NCBI GenBank assembly: GCA_964016885.1
Contig: OZ024749.1
Location: 44,826,001-44,890,000, forward strand
Reading direction: 5' to 3'
DNA length: 64,000 nt
From: Eledone cirrhosa
Lineage: Eukaryota
In this document: piece by piece, positions 14,051 to 27,999 of the stretch
Layout of the letters: each line of letters begins with the position of its first letter
Numbering within the stretch: position 1 is the stretch's first letter
Notes under the pieces: model-generated
The model's database searches: none
Seen by the model: the letters and a program-made list of their open reading frames with translations, nothing else
What the model was told of the DNA's origin: nothing
Program-made: the position numbers and the translations under genes

Positions 14051-15261
14051 ATATTCATACATATATGAGCTTGTATGTATTCCGAAGTTGTGTCGGTAAC
14101 CACAGTTTAAAAAGGTACTCAATACATTGGATGATTTCATATGAATGAAAGAGTTCTATTCCTGTAGAAGTCATTTGTGTGTATGTATGTGTATGTAGGC
14201 GTCTGTGTCTGTACGTCTACATGCAGTTGTAAGGGTACGCGGGTTTAAGAGCTTTGATGATGAAATCGGTGGCGAAAGATTTAGCGCTTCCTATTCGTTT
14301 CAATGCTGAAAAAAGTTAATTTGCAAAGGAGCTAATTTCTTATCTATTTCAATGTATTATAGTTTACAAACAATGTGTTATTTATACACCGAGTTCTACT
14401 TTTGTCTCGGCTCACTCCACTTTTCAACCAAGGTTCATACCACACCACAAATTTATTGTTGAATGAATCCTCATTGTGTTTTGACGAGCTTATATTATTA
14501 GCCAAATCTACTTCAAATTGCATCCATTCCAACGTCGGAAAGGACACAATAGATATTGCAGACGTTAAAAAAAATCCTTCTAAAACTGCCGAATTGTCGT
14601 GGCTAGAATGTATTTATTTATATATGTGTTCGAACAAAAACAATTTATAGATTGCCAACTATCAACAAGTGACCGTCTAAATAATTGTTTCTTCAGCTGA
14701 AAATAGCAGTGAAATAAGACATATCACACGCTGTCTTTCAAAAGGAAAGGGACTTTCGGTAATGTAATCTTAGATATATAATTCGTGGCGTGAATGAAGA
14801 ATAAAATGATGGGAAGTTCAAAGCTAGAGTGTCTTTCATAAAAAATCTGTTCAAGCAAATAACCTAGGGATAAACAGATATGATGAACATATAGATATAC
14901 ATATATTCTCAGCAAAGTACGTTTCTTCAATATATAGAGTGACAGAAGAAAAATATCGGTAATAGATTTATTATTTTTCTGTTCAAGTCTTCATCGCATT
15001 TTGTTAGTTTCTGCTTTTCCTCAATGATGCGACCGCAGTTGTCGCTCCAGACGTCATAATACTGCATTAGAAATCTGAGGTTTATCACCATTAGTTGGTT
15101 CCCTATGGCTGAATGTATCACCAGGAGGGGTCGATGATAGGAGGCGGAATCTGAACTGATAGCGCAATGAACCAGAACTAATACTGCTTGCCATCTTGCT
15201 TGACGCTCCAACACTTGTGCCAATCTACCGTACTGAACATTAGTTTATTTATTGATCCCAA

Positions 15262-15447
15262 AATAATTGTTTCTATTTTTGGCACAAGGCCAGCAATTAC
15301 TCAGTGCATTACTGGTACTTTATTTTATCGACCCCTTTAAGGATGAAAGGCAAAGTTAACCTCGGCGGGATTTTAACTCAAATCATAAAGGGACGTAACT
15401 CAATACTTCCAAGCATGGCGTCCGACCCTCTACCGATACTTCCAATC
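15262..15447 (-). mobile_element. tRNA-derived SINE, short form
   Basis: Family match; perfect 18-bp TSD TATTGATCCCAAAATAAT at 15250-15267 and 15448-15465. Confidence 0.92.
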
Positions 15448-15674
15448 TATTGATCCCAAAATAATGGAAGGAAAAAAGGAAACTCAGTGATATTTAATTT
15501 TAACAAGCTGACACAAAAATCAAAGTATTTTATCTGATGCTAACATGAGGCCCCCATTTTAAAACTGTCGGGATAAATAGAATAGTGGGTTACCAAAGCC
15601 TCAAAACAAAATGGAAGTATATTTACGTTATAACAATGTGCATTTCATGAAGAAGCGGGGTATAATATTTATTG

Positions 15675-15850
15675 TGTTAGGCTCACGATCGTGACTCTAT
15701 TTGTTCGATTCTAAGACTGGTAGGTGCCTTGTGACCTTGAACAAGACACTTCATTTCACATTGTTCTTGTTCACACAGTTGTAAAAAATAAGTACAAGCA
15801 AAAGCTGGATTTTAACTCTGCGAAGGACTGGTGTCCCAGCCAGGAGGAGT
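15675..15850 (+). mobile_element. Older tRNA-derived SINE of a second family
   Basis: B-box-like GTTCGATTC, then TGTGACCTTGAACAAGACACTT and CTGCGAAGGACTGGTGTCCCAGCCAGG, resembling CORE/V-type SINE central motifs; TTTCACATTGTTC...CAGTTGTAAAAA is similar to 53511. Confidence 0.55.
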
Positions 15851-15983
15851 CTTGTAGTCCGTGTAAATTAAAATCAATAAAAATAGATTAATGAGCTGGC
15901 GAATCAATGAACATGGGAAGGAATTTAATCTTTTTAAATGCGTATGGTCAATGACAAGTAGTTAGTAGGATAACTCATTTTAC

Positions 15984-16567
15984 GTGGCGGAATGGCTGGG
16001 GTATTTTAGTGGTGGAATGGCTGGGGTATTTTAGTGGTGGAATGGCTGGGGTGTTTTAGTGGTGGAATGGCTGGGGTGTTTTAGTGGTGGAATGGCTGGG
16101 CTATTTTAGTGGTGGAATGGCTGGGGTATTTTAGAGGTGGAATGGCTGGGCTATTTTAGTGGTGGAATGGCTGGGCTATTTTAGTGGTGGAATGGCTGGG
16201 GTGTTTTAGTGGTGGAATGGCTGGGCTATTTTAGTGGTGGAATGGCTGGGCTATTTTAGTGGTGGAATGGCTGGGGTGTTTTAGTGGTGGAATGGCTGGG
16301 CTATTTTAGTGGTGGAATGGCTGGGCTGTTTTAGTGGTGGAATGGCTGGGGTGTTTTAGTGGTGGAATGGCTGGGCTATTTTAGTGGTGGAATGGCTGGG
16401 CTATTTTAGTGGTGGAATGGCTGGGGTGTTTTAGTGATGGAATGGCTGGGGTGTTTTAGTGGTGGAATGGCTGGGGTATTTTACTGGTGGAATGGCTGGG
16501 GTGTTTTAGTGGTGGAATGGCTGGGGTATTTTAGTGGTGGAATGGCTGGGGTAATTTAATGGTGGAA
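15984..16567. repeat. G-rich minisatellite, 25-bp unit, ~23 copies
   Basis: Unit GGTGGAATGGCTGGG(G/C)T(A/G)TTTTAGT; AATGG recurs at 15991, 16016, 16041 and onward. Confidence 0.95.
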
Positions 16568-16984
16568 GAGTGGGAAGAATAATTATTTGTTAGATTGTAG
16601 AAACGGCATATGCACGAACACACACACTTATATATATATATATATATATATATACACTCAGACACACATGTATGGACTCCTGCACGTATACACACTCACA
16701 CACACGTACATACACGCACTCACACACACATGCACTCACACACACGGACTGACACACACACAAATATATACCATGAAACAAAATATAAAGTTAAAAAATA
16801 GAAAGGAAATTAATACTAGTAAAAACAAAAGGATCAGGACAATGTGATAATCATTTAAAAGTTATTTACTGACTGAACTTGTGATTGTCACGTGATGAGT
16901 GTCAATAAAAGATTAATGTGCTAAGGTGCAAGTCAAGAACAGTTGTTTCATTTATTTATTTCATTTTTTCCCACACACACACCC

Positions 16985-17059
<75 letters not shown>

Positions 17060-17279
17060 AAAGAGTTAAACAAGATTCAATGAGTACATCAAAGAATGAG
17101 TTTTACAGTAGATTGGAAGCACTCTACAGGAAAATAATTTTCCAGAGTTATTAATATTAAAATACAAACATTAATAAAATAGATGTTCTTTTGATCAATT
17201 AAATTTTATTATACATATTTCAGAGGTTAAGATTTAATCAATCTTAACCATTTAACATCTCAGGGTATGTCATGTATCA

Positions 17280-17340
17280 TTATATTTTGTCTGATGAGGA
17301 CGTACTGTTGTACCTCTGAAATATGTATAATAAAATGTAA
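17280..17340 (+). ncRNA. Minimal type I hammerhead ribozyme (family E)
   Basis: Stem I TTATATTTTGT/ATAAAATGTAA (11 bp, 2 GU); CTGATGA 17291-17297; stem II GGACGTAC-TGTT-GTACCTCT; GAAA 17318-17321; short stem III ATATGTAT; AUA triplet. Confidence 0.7.
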
Positions 17341-17392
17341 TTGATCAAAAGAACACCGATTCTATTAATATTTGTATTTTAATATATATATA

Positions 17393-17463
<71 letters not shown>

Positions 17464-17558
17464 TTTTTTGTTTTAAGTCTTACTATCTTCATTTCTATTG
17501 TTCTTGCTTTCATTATCTTATTTACATTCTCTAGAGTTTTCTTACTGTGAACTATCTT

Positions 17559-17632
<74 letters not shown>

Positions 17633-18698
17633 CTCACTCTTTCTCTCTCTCTCTCTCTACCTCTGCACCTCTCTCTCACTGTATTTATTTGTTTCGTTCT
17701 TTCTTCCTTTCTTCTTCCCTTTCACCATTTCTCTCTTTATCGGTATATCATTCTTTCTTTCTTTCTGTCTTACTGACTCTCTTGTATTTCCTTCTTTCTT
17801 TCTATCTTTCCTTCCTTATTTCTCTCGTTATATTTTTTTCTCTCTTTCATTCTTGTCTTGTCCTGTCTTCTTGTCTATTTTTGGTCACTGCACTCTAACT
17901 TTAAAACCTACAAGCTGTCCCTAAAACATTTAAAGCGATGTTTAGCTATCAGCTTAAAGTATGACAACACTGTCAGAGCCACCCCACCCACTCATCTACC
18001 CCCACAACCATTAGTTTCCTCAAAACCACCTACACCAACAACACACTACTAACAACACCAACAACACCAACAACACCACCACCACCACAACAACCACCAA
18101 CACTACCACACTCAATAAGAACAACAAAAATAACATCAACGACATGGAAATCACCAACGCCATCTTCAACAAAATTAAATAGCTACACGACAACAACAAC
18201 AACAACAACAACAACATCAATAAGAACAAAAAAAAATCGAAACAACATCAAGAACAACAATGTCACCTCGGCTTGACAAAGTGTTAATGTCAGGGGTGCA
18301 AAAATAAGATACAAATTATTTAAAAAAAAAAAAAATAATAATACGACATACAAAAAATAAATACGTAAATAAAATACGATAAAAAAAAAATGAAGAAAAT
18401 ACAAAAAATAATCATAAAAATAAAACAACTGAAAATGGGGTTAAGGTAGATGATTGCACTTAGGTGTTGATCTATGATTTCAGACAGCTTTACCTGGTGT
18501 CACTTCACAGTTTGGCATGTTGTCGAGGATGGGACACCGAGTAGAGACAGTGGGATAGCAATCGTATCGGAGTTTACAGCTACTGCACTAACCATCCAAC
18601 ACAGTTCAAGGTGTGTTTAAATGTTAAAATCGTAGATTACGGCACTTAAACTCAGGTCACGATTCCTGTATGTATTTGTTTAATCACCCGGCCTATAT

Positions 18699-18739
<41 letters not shown>

Positions 18740-18840
18740 GACAAACACACATGTTTATACATACATATATACATACACATACAGACAGACACAGACACAC
18801 ACACATACATAATATATATATATATATATATATATGTGTG

Positions 18841-18873
<33 letters not shown>

Positions 18874-19855
18874 GTGTATTTATATCCTCCCCTTGCTCAT
18901 GTGACGGACGTCTCTCTCAAGTTATGTATACACCCGATCTGTTCAAGAGAAGAAAAATGATGATGTGACACATGAAAAATAGAATCCAGTTCTGGGCAGT
19001 TAATTTATATAAACATTTCGAAAGTATGAAAGCCAATATCTATTTCATCGGAATGTTAAATGAAATTATATGACATAGGAAATAACCGCAAGATATTTCT
19101 TAATCAACTCGCTATTTTCTTTGCAATACACCTCGCTAAAGATAAAATTAAGAACTAAATTTGTAATCAGTATATAAACGAAATGTTACTATGAAGCCAT
19201 TTCAGTAGATTAGACTCACTACTTTATTTCACATTCCATAACACATGTTAAAAAAAAAAAAAAAAATTTGACGATTTGACGAAAGTCGATCGTTTCTTTT
19301 TTTTTACCTCCCGAGTTCAAATTCCGCCTTAGGATTAAAATCCAGCACATGACCAGTGCTGATAACACGTCCAACGAACCACAACTAAAAATGAAGGCTG
19401 CAATCACTGAAGATGGATTATAACAATCGGCTACTAGAGTGGAACAAGTATAACGATGACGATGGCAATGAAAATATACATTATAGTCAACTCAGCCACA
19501 TGATATCCATTAACCATTTACAAAATTTATTCTGTTATTGTATTCGAAACAACTCTTATTGTTATATTTCAGATGCATAAAGAAAAAATATTAATAATAA
19601 AATCTGTCAGTTTGTTAATATGTCAATTAATAAAGTCACGCACGGTAAATTAATTATACTTCATTCTTTATATGAAAAATATCATAGTAGGAAACGAGAC
19701 ACATGTCATTCGGGTAGGTCGAAAGATTCCGATCATAGCAATAAATACTAAATATCACAAAGAATTGAATAATTAAATTAACAGTGCAGGTGTTTGTTAC
19801 CTGTGTTGATGTTCAATGATGGCAAGCTGGGTTAAGGCATGTGGATTTCAATTAC

Positions 19856-19987
19856 CTGTGAATGGGTAATCCATTTCTGTGTTTACATACTTTCCCCTCT
19901 GGTTAAGTTGGCTCACGCATTCCTCTTTCATTGTGGTATTCGTTCTTTCGTACTTCCCCAGAATGTGGTGCATCCATAACCAAAAAC
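19856..19987 (-). CDS. Candidate isolated internal exon, product unknown
   Basis: Acceptor TTTTCCCTTTTAAAAGCAG| and donor CAG|GTAATT; 132 nt, phase 1-1; one open frame (GFWLWMHHILGKYERTNTTMKEECVSQLNQRGKYVNTEMDYPFT). No recognised homology. Confidence 0.3.
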
Positions 19988-20072
19988 CTGCTTTTAAAAG
20001 GGAAAACGAGAGTAACTCATATGTTTGTATCTTAATATAGACATATTCACTATGCATATATATATATATATA

Positions 20073-20175
<103 letters not shown>

Positions 20176-20193
20176 GTGTGCGTGTGTGTGTGT

Positions 20194-20253
<60 letters not shown>

Positions 20254-20314
20254 CTGTGTGTGTGTATACATATATATATATATATATATATATATGTCTA
20301 TATGTCTATATGTC

Positions 20315-20346
<32 letters not shown>

Positions 20347-20468
20347 AAGTGAGTAATATTGTAGAACAATAAAACTATGCATATATCAGATAAGTAGCAC
20401 TCAACAGTTAGTAGAACTGGAGTATATATAATAAAGAGGAATTAAAATATGGTTAAAAGAGTTCCATA

Positions 20469-20538
20469 TATTTTATTATGCGCATTTCGAATACCAAATC
20501 ATCCTGGGACAAAAATTGTGTTCTCATCAGATAGAATA
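20469..20538 (-). ncRNA. Minimal type I hammerhead ribozyme (family B)
   Basis: Minus strand reads TATTCTAT-CTGATGA-GAACACAA...TTTGGTATTC-GAAA-TGCGCA-TA-ATAAAATA; core intact, stem III palindromic. Confidence 0.8.
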
Positions 20539-20637
20539 AGGTAACCTGATAAGAGGCATAATAGCACTTGTTTACAGGAATGTAGACTGGACACTTTCCT
20601 GTAAACAAGTGCTATTATGCCTCTTATCATGTTACCT

Positions 20638-20707
20638 TATTTTATCTGATGAGAACACAATTTCTGTCCCAGGATGATTTTGTATTCGAAATGAGCATAA
20701 TAAAATA
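20638..20707 (+). ncRNA. Minimal type I hammerhead ribozyme (family B)
   Basis: TATTTTAT-CTGATGA(20646-20652)-GAACACAA...TTGTATTC-GAAA(20688-20691)-TGAGCA-TA-ATAAAATA; perfect 8-bp stem I. Confidence 0.8.
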
Positions 20708-20762
20708 TATGGAACTCTTTTAACCATCTTTCAATTCCTCTTTATATATATATATGTATATA

Positions 20763-20941
20763 TATAATAATAAATTTGAAGACTAAAATCCAAAGAGGGC
20801 TCGATAAGGATAAATATATATCAAATATATAAGAACCGTAGAGCAAATATTTATTAAAATAATAGATTAAAGTTTAAGCAAAGAATCGGGTGAAAGCAGC
20901 GATTCTTTGCTTAAACTTTAATCTGTTATTTTAATAAATAT
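20763..20941 (-). mobile_element. PLE-like fold-back cassette, family C
   Basis: IR 20847-20888/20900-20941; plus strand reads GAAA-GCAGCGATTCTTTGC-TT-AAAC; extension shared with 7532-7615; (TA)n flanks. Confidence 0.65.
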
Positions 20942-21196
20942 ATATATATATATATATTTATGAGAGTATTGAAGTTTGCTTGAAGCATTGTGGAATAATA
21001 AAAAGAATTTGGTCGTTTTGGAAGCCTCAACAATGCAGATGGGTAAATCTCCGGGTAACAGAATCCGATGGTGAAGAGAAAGATGTAAGAGGAAATTTAG
21101 AATGAGATGTATAGTGTGTAGAGGAACGTAGGAAAGAGCGTAAAAAATAAAAATAATAACACAATATACATATATATATGTCTGTCTGTGTGTGTA

Positions 21197-21257
<61 letters not shown>

Positions 21258-21319
21258 TATATATATATATAGAACCTTTTTCTAGTCCTCGCTGGATTTT
21301 GGTCTTTATATAGATTTAC

Positions 21320-21490
21320 CGGTAGAGGGTCAGACATGCTTTCCAGCATAGTTACGTCGCTTTACGATCTGACTTCAAACCCTGCCGAGGTTAACCTAGC
21401 TTTTCATCCATACGGGGTCGATAAAATAAAGTACCAGTAATGCACGGGATAATTGCTGGCCTTGTGCCAAAAGTAGAAACAATTATTATT
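21320..21490 (+). mobile_element. tRNA-derived SINE, short form, 5'-clipped
   Basis: Family body and (ATT)n tail. Confidence 0.85.
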
Positions 21491-21838
21491 ACTACTAGTA
21501 CTATATACATAGATTAGGAAAATATTAGAATTATTTTCGTACACGAAACTGTTTTTACAAATAATTGCATATATATTTCGTATACAGACATAGGGATACC
21601 TGTATCAAAATGAAAACATAGACCTCGTTAATTTAATAGCGTCACTGTTATATATAAATATAATGTATTTGTGTGATATGATAAAGAATAGATTTGGTAG
21701 TATATTGTCCTCGTATCGTGTACAAAACTTTCTTTCACACAAAAACCTACACTGTTCCTTTCTGTACCGTCTTTATCGTACTTTTAATGTAAGCCCTGTA
21801 TAGCTAATAAAGATAAAGAAACTATTATTATTATAATA

Positions 21839-22301
21839 GTGTGGTGTATTGGCAGTATCAGTACAGCGTTGGACACTATAGTTTTTGGCATAGAGTTACG
21901 GATCTTTACGATATGGGTTCAAATCCTGCTGAAGTTAGCTTTGCCTTTCATCCTTACGGAGTCGATAAAATAAAGTAGCAGTAACGTACTGGAGTCGGTT
22001 TAATCGACTTTCCGCTCTCCTTCAAATTGCTGGCCTTGTGCCTAAACTGAAACAATTATTATCATTATTATTTATGGATTAGCAGTATCGGTAGAGGGTC
22101 GGACGCCATGCTTTGCAGCATAAGTTACGGTCCTTTATGATCTGAGTTCAAATCCCACCGAGGTTAACTGTGCCTTTCATCCTTACGGGGTCGATAAAAT
22201 AAAGTACCAGTCACGCACTGGTGTCGATTTAATCGACTTTCTCCACCCCCAAAATTGCTGGCCTTGTGCCAAAAGCAGAAACAATTATTATCATTATTAT
22301 T
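21839..22301 (+). mobile_element. Two tandem SINEs, long form (21839-22071, 22075-22301)
   Basis: Both carry the extra GTCGRTTTAATCGACTTTC...CAAA segment before TTGCTGGCCTTGTGCC. Confidence 0.88.
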
Positions 22302-23444
22302 AACTAAATTATATTTGAATGAGAGAGATTATATGATTATATATCTTTTTAAAGTTTGGTTATTAAATACACCTCGTCTCATTAAAACATCATATACACA
22401 TATATACACACGCACATATACAAGTAAAGACATACACGCTCACATTCTCAGACACACGCACACACATACCCACATACACATATACACACATACAAATAAA
22501 GACACACACGCACACACATACTTATATACACACGCACATATACAAATAAAGACACACACGCTCGCATTCACAGACACACGCACTCACATACCTACATATA
22601 CAAATAAAGACACACAAGCATATTCTCGCAGACACAAGCACACACAAGCACTCACAAGCACACACACTCACACACACAAATACACACACACGTACACACA
22701 CACACAGTGGGTAGAGAGATTAATCGCATCGACATAACATTCAGGTTTTGAGTAAGTCAAGGATAAATGCAGAGGAGATACACCCTAGTGGAACACATTC
22801 ATTGAAAGCAAATCATTTATTATTGTAGATGTGATGGTGGTGGTGGTGGTTGGGGAGATGGTTGTGCTTGACTGAAGCTACTAATTGCATTCGCATTCCA
22901 ATGACGTCAAATATTGTGTCATGTAATATTAAAATTATTTACGCTTCATCTATATTTCATTTTATTCGTCCTAACATTGTAGAGTGGAAATAATCGCTCA
23001 ACGAGACGAGTCCACAAACCGGTTTTGTTTTTCAATTGCTTGAATAGATTCCACGTTGGTTTTGACGATTGCGTTCCAGTGGTTTGTTAAACGGACCTAC
23101 CTATATATAGTACTATACGTGTAATTGGCTAATAAATCCAAAGACAGGTGCATCTTTAGAGTAATTCCCATTCTGACACACCGTGAAAATGCGTCCTATG
23201 ACGAGAACTGACGTCGCTCAGTTTCCTTCTAGCAAGTTTCATTCGCAAGTCTTATTCTAGATGACTCACAACAGGAGCAAATCCAAATCTACAACTGCTT
23301 AACCACTTCGTCATTCTATTTTTCAATATGGATCTGGTGTATATGTATATGTTTCAAGGACACACACTCATGCATATGTATCAATTATGTGGTGTATTGA
23401 ATACTTCTCTTTCTTTCTCTCTCTCTCACTTGCTCTCTCTCGCG

Positions 23445-23492
<48 letters not shown>

Positions 23493-23497
<5 letters not shown>

Positions 23498-23704
23498 AAC
23501 GAGTAGGACCCCGACGGCTGAGCGCAAGCCATTTCGACGACTAATTCTGGACCATGTGTGTCCAGTATGTCCAGAATTAGCCGTCGAAACGGCTTGAGCT
23601 CAGCCGTCGGGGTCCTACTCGTTCCTATTACCCACTCTACTACCCTAAGTATTGAGTAATTTGGTGCGTTATGGTCCATCTGGTTCCTTACCACATTTCC
23701 TTCG

Positions 23705-23707
<3 letters not shown>
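23493..23707 (+). mobile_element. PLE-like fold-back cassette, family A1
   Basis: Palindrome 23493-23628 with ~16-nt spacer, then extension to CCTTCGTT and (TA)n. Confidence 0.8.
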
Positions 23708-23748
<41 letters not shown>

Positions 23749-23811
23749 AATAACTTTATTTTTTCTGAGATCAAAACAAATAGAATCCACAAAACAAATA
23801 GAAAACCAGTG

Positions 23812-23950
<139 letters not shown>

Positions 23951-24489
23951 TCTGTGTGTGCGTGTGTGTATGTATACAGGTGTGGGTGTTATGTTTTTAA
24001 TATAAATAACAGCTAACAGCATTAGATGCATCTGAACTGATAAATCTTATTATTCGTAAGGAGAATCGTCGCATCTGATGAAAGTTATGGATTTAAAGCT
24101 AACGAGTAGAGATGTTCCTTTACTACTCGCCATATGTCAGGACTATTAACGCACCGCACACAATGAATTACGGTTTTTGGTTATGATACAGTATGTCTAA
24201 AGTGTAACCTCCATCCTGCTCTACTGATTCATTTTCCTTCCGATATTGGATAACATTTTCACAAGAAACATACCCAGGTAGATCTGATTAAGTAATATCT
24301 ATCCTGGCGTCATAGGAATTCTACGGCTTCACTAAATTATTTTGGAGGTTTCGAGAAAATTATGTTAGTAAATTTTGACAGCCTATGATAAAAAATCTTA
24401 AAACTAAATTAGTGCGATCAATTCTGCTAATTCACCATGATCCAATTAATTGCAAGAATATAATAAAATATGCTTATCTGCTTCCAATC

Positions 24490-24720
24490 TACAGACATGG
24501 TGACTCTTTCCTGGGCCTCTCCTACAGATACTATATTGGTCTCTGCCATTATCTGTTTGCTGACATCTTACCACCACCATTCAGCAACTACTGACACATC
24601 GTATCACCACTTTCTCTTTCAGCACGCATGATCTGTCCAACATGTCGTGTCACACACTAACTACAGTTACTCCTAGTTCTTCCTACGCAGAACGTCGGCA
24701 ACCAACAACACTTTCCCTGC
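24490..24720 (-). mobile_element. Highly degenerate RTE-like LINE C-terminal fragment
   Basis: Minus strand gives RHVGQIMRAERES... and CRRG/PRK across frameshifts, resembling the WxGHVxR...RGRPRK terminus of RTE ORFs. Confidence 0.35.
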
Positions 24721-25239
24721 ATATGTCTTTTTCAAAGAAGAGCACTTGTAACAATCATATCAGAACTTCAACAGCAGTGATCGTTCCGGTTTTGGAGGAC
24801 CTGTGAAGTATATGAGCATTTACATTCCCTTCAAATCCACTAATTAAAAACACAATCAAACGAACTATCAATTCATATGCATCTCTACTTTAGTTCCCTT
24901 AAAATTTTATAATATTTTCCCATCACTTGAGTTCTTAGTATTTCTAGAATATTTGAGCTTTATAAATATTATTCAAAGGATTCATTAGTTCTAATGTAAA
25001 GCTATCACGTTGCTAATAAAGCAAATTCTATTTTTAAAATTCAGTGCTTTCTCTTATTAAACGCTGATATTTGCATTGAAATAAATCGAAAACTTTTACG
25101 TCTCCACTAAACTTTTGGACAATGTAAAACTCGAAAGTTATTACATTTCGAAAAATTTTGAAAAATGTAATTGTCGTTTTATTTTCGTTCGTCTTGACCT
25201 GAACAATATTGTTACATGAAATTATATACATCCTTATAG

Positions 25240-25354
<115 letters not shown>

Positions 25355-25559
25355 TATATATATATATAATGTGTTGTTTGCAACATTGGAAATTTGCTGA
25401 CATTCGTATAGTGATCTCATTAAGAGACATCGCCTAATTAATAGAACAGAAATATTACTGATTCCTTCTATTTTTCTTTGTTTTTCAACCTTCTCAGCAA
25501 AACGGAAGCACACGCTTCTGGTCCATATTGTCACACAAAAGAATCATAATAACGACAGA

Positions 25560-26606
<1,047 letters not shown>

Positions 26607-26800
26607 TAATAACATAGGCATACAATGATTGTGATAGCAATGTTCATATAATTTAATTTCAATCCATATTTTAATTCAAGTAATCGCAGTATTAAATTAT
26701 ATTTGAAAACCATATCTTACTATATATGTGTGTGTCTGTATTTGTGTCTTTGTTTAGTTGTTGTCTCCTTGAAATATACATACATATATATATGTATACT

Positions 26801-26906
<106 letters not shown>

Positions 26907-27461
26907 TATATGTGTATGTACGTACAAGTAATGTTTTCGTTGTGTTTCAATTTGATGTGGTTGATTTTGTTTGTTTGCTTTGTATTTTTAGAGAAAATCT
27001 ACCTTTATTTGATTGCTCTCTGCTATCATCAGCCCAAAACACTCCCAGCCACACACATTTCAGCACCTATTTTACACTTTCGTACACACAAGCAAATATA
27101 CATTCACACGTGCACATGCAAATGCACAGAATCACACACAACAACTAGCACGAAAATCACCAGCACCAACACCACTCCCAATACCACCACCACTACCAAC
27201 ACCACTACCACCATCACCAACAACAACAACAGCATCCCCACCACAAATTTAAGTCGATATTGGCATTTGAAGAACTACCTCCGTTTGCCTCTGACGGCTA
27301 TTCAATTAGCATTTGGGTTTAGCTGTGAGAGATGAGCGGTGACATTTAACACAGAAAATATCAAAGTTTGTAAACAGTTGAAACTTCGTATATTTCAACT
27401 ATGCTGGAAATGCCATGTTAAGACTTATTCGTTGATGTTTGTGTGTGTATGTATGAATGTG

Positions 27462-27502
<41 letters not shown>

Positions 27503-27968
27503 TTGTATAATATATGTATATATACACTTGTATATATATTTGTATAATATATAGATATATATAAATGATTATATATATATGTATATGTAAACACACACAT
27601 ATATATATTCACACACACATATATATATATATGAAAAAAAAATATATATATAACATATATATATAGCTTTATATAGAGATTTTTATATGTCTGTGTGTGT
27701 TTTATATGAGTTTATATGCTCTTTTTCTTTTGCAGAATATAACAATTACAAAGTCGCTTAACTTCTCTTAGATGAAGCTCATTTTAATCATCTTATAAAA
27801 CTTAACACTTTATTTGCGCAAAAATATTCCTCGGCTGTATATAGTTAGATATAGTGATTGTTTATATACAATTATTTGTATTCAGGTTCACATACACACG
27901 CACGTGTATATATACACACAGTCACAGACCCCCACACACACATATATAGATACATAGCTAGTGAAATA

Positions 27969-27999
<31 letters not shown>

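Noticed and set aside
14927-15223. ORF containing WSDNCG, reminiscent of a transposase motif
   Set aside because: Only six residues match and the expected continuation is absent.
15984-16567. CRISPR-like periodic array
   Set aside because: Contiguous tandem units without unique spacers, no cas genes, and a eukaryotic context.
24071-24114. Hammerhead-like CTGATGAAAG...AACGAGTAGAGATG
   Set aside because: No GAAA and a weak stem II.
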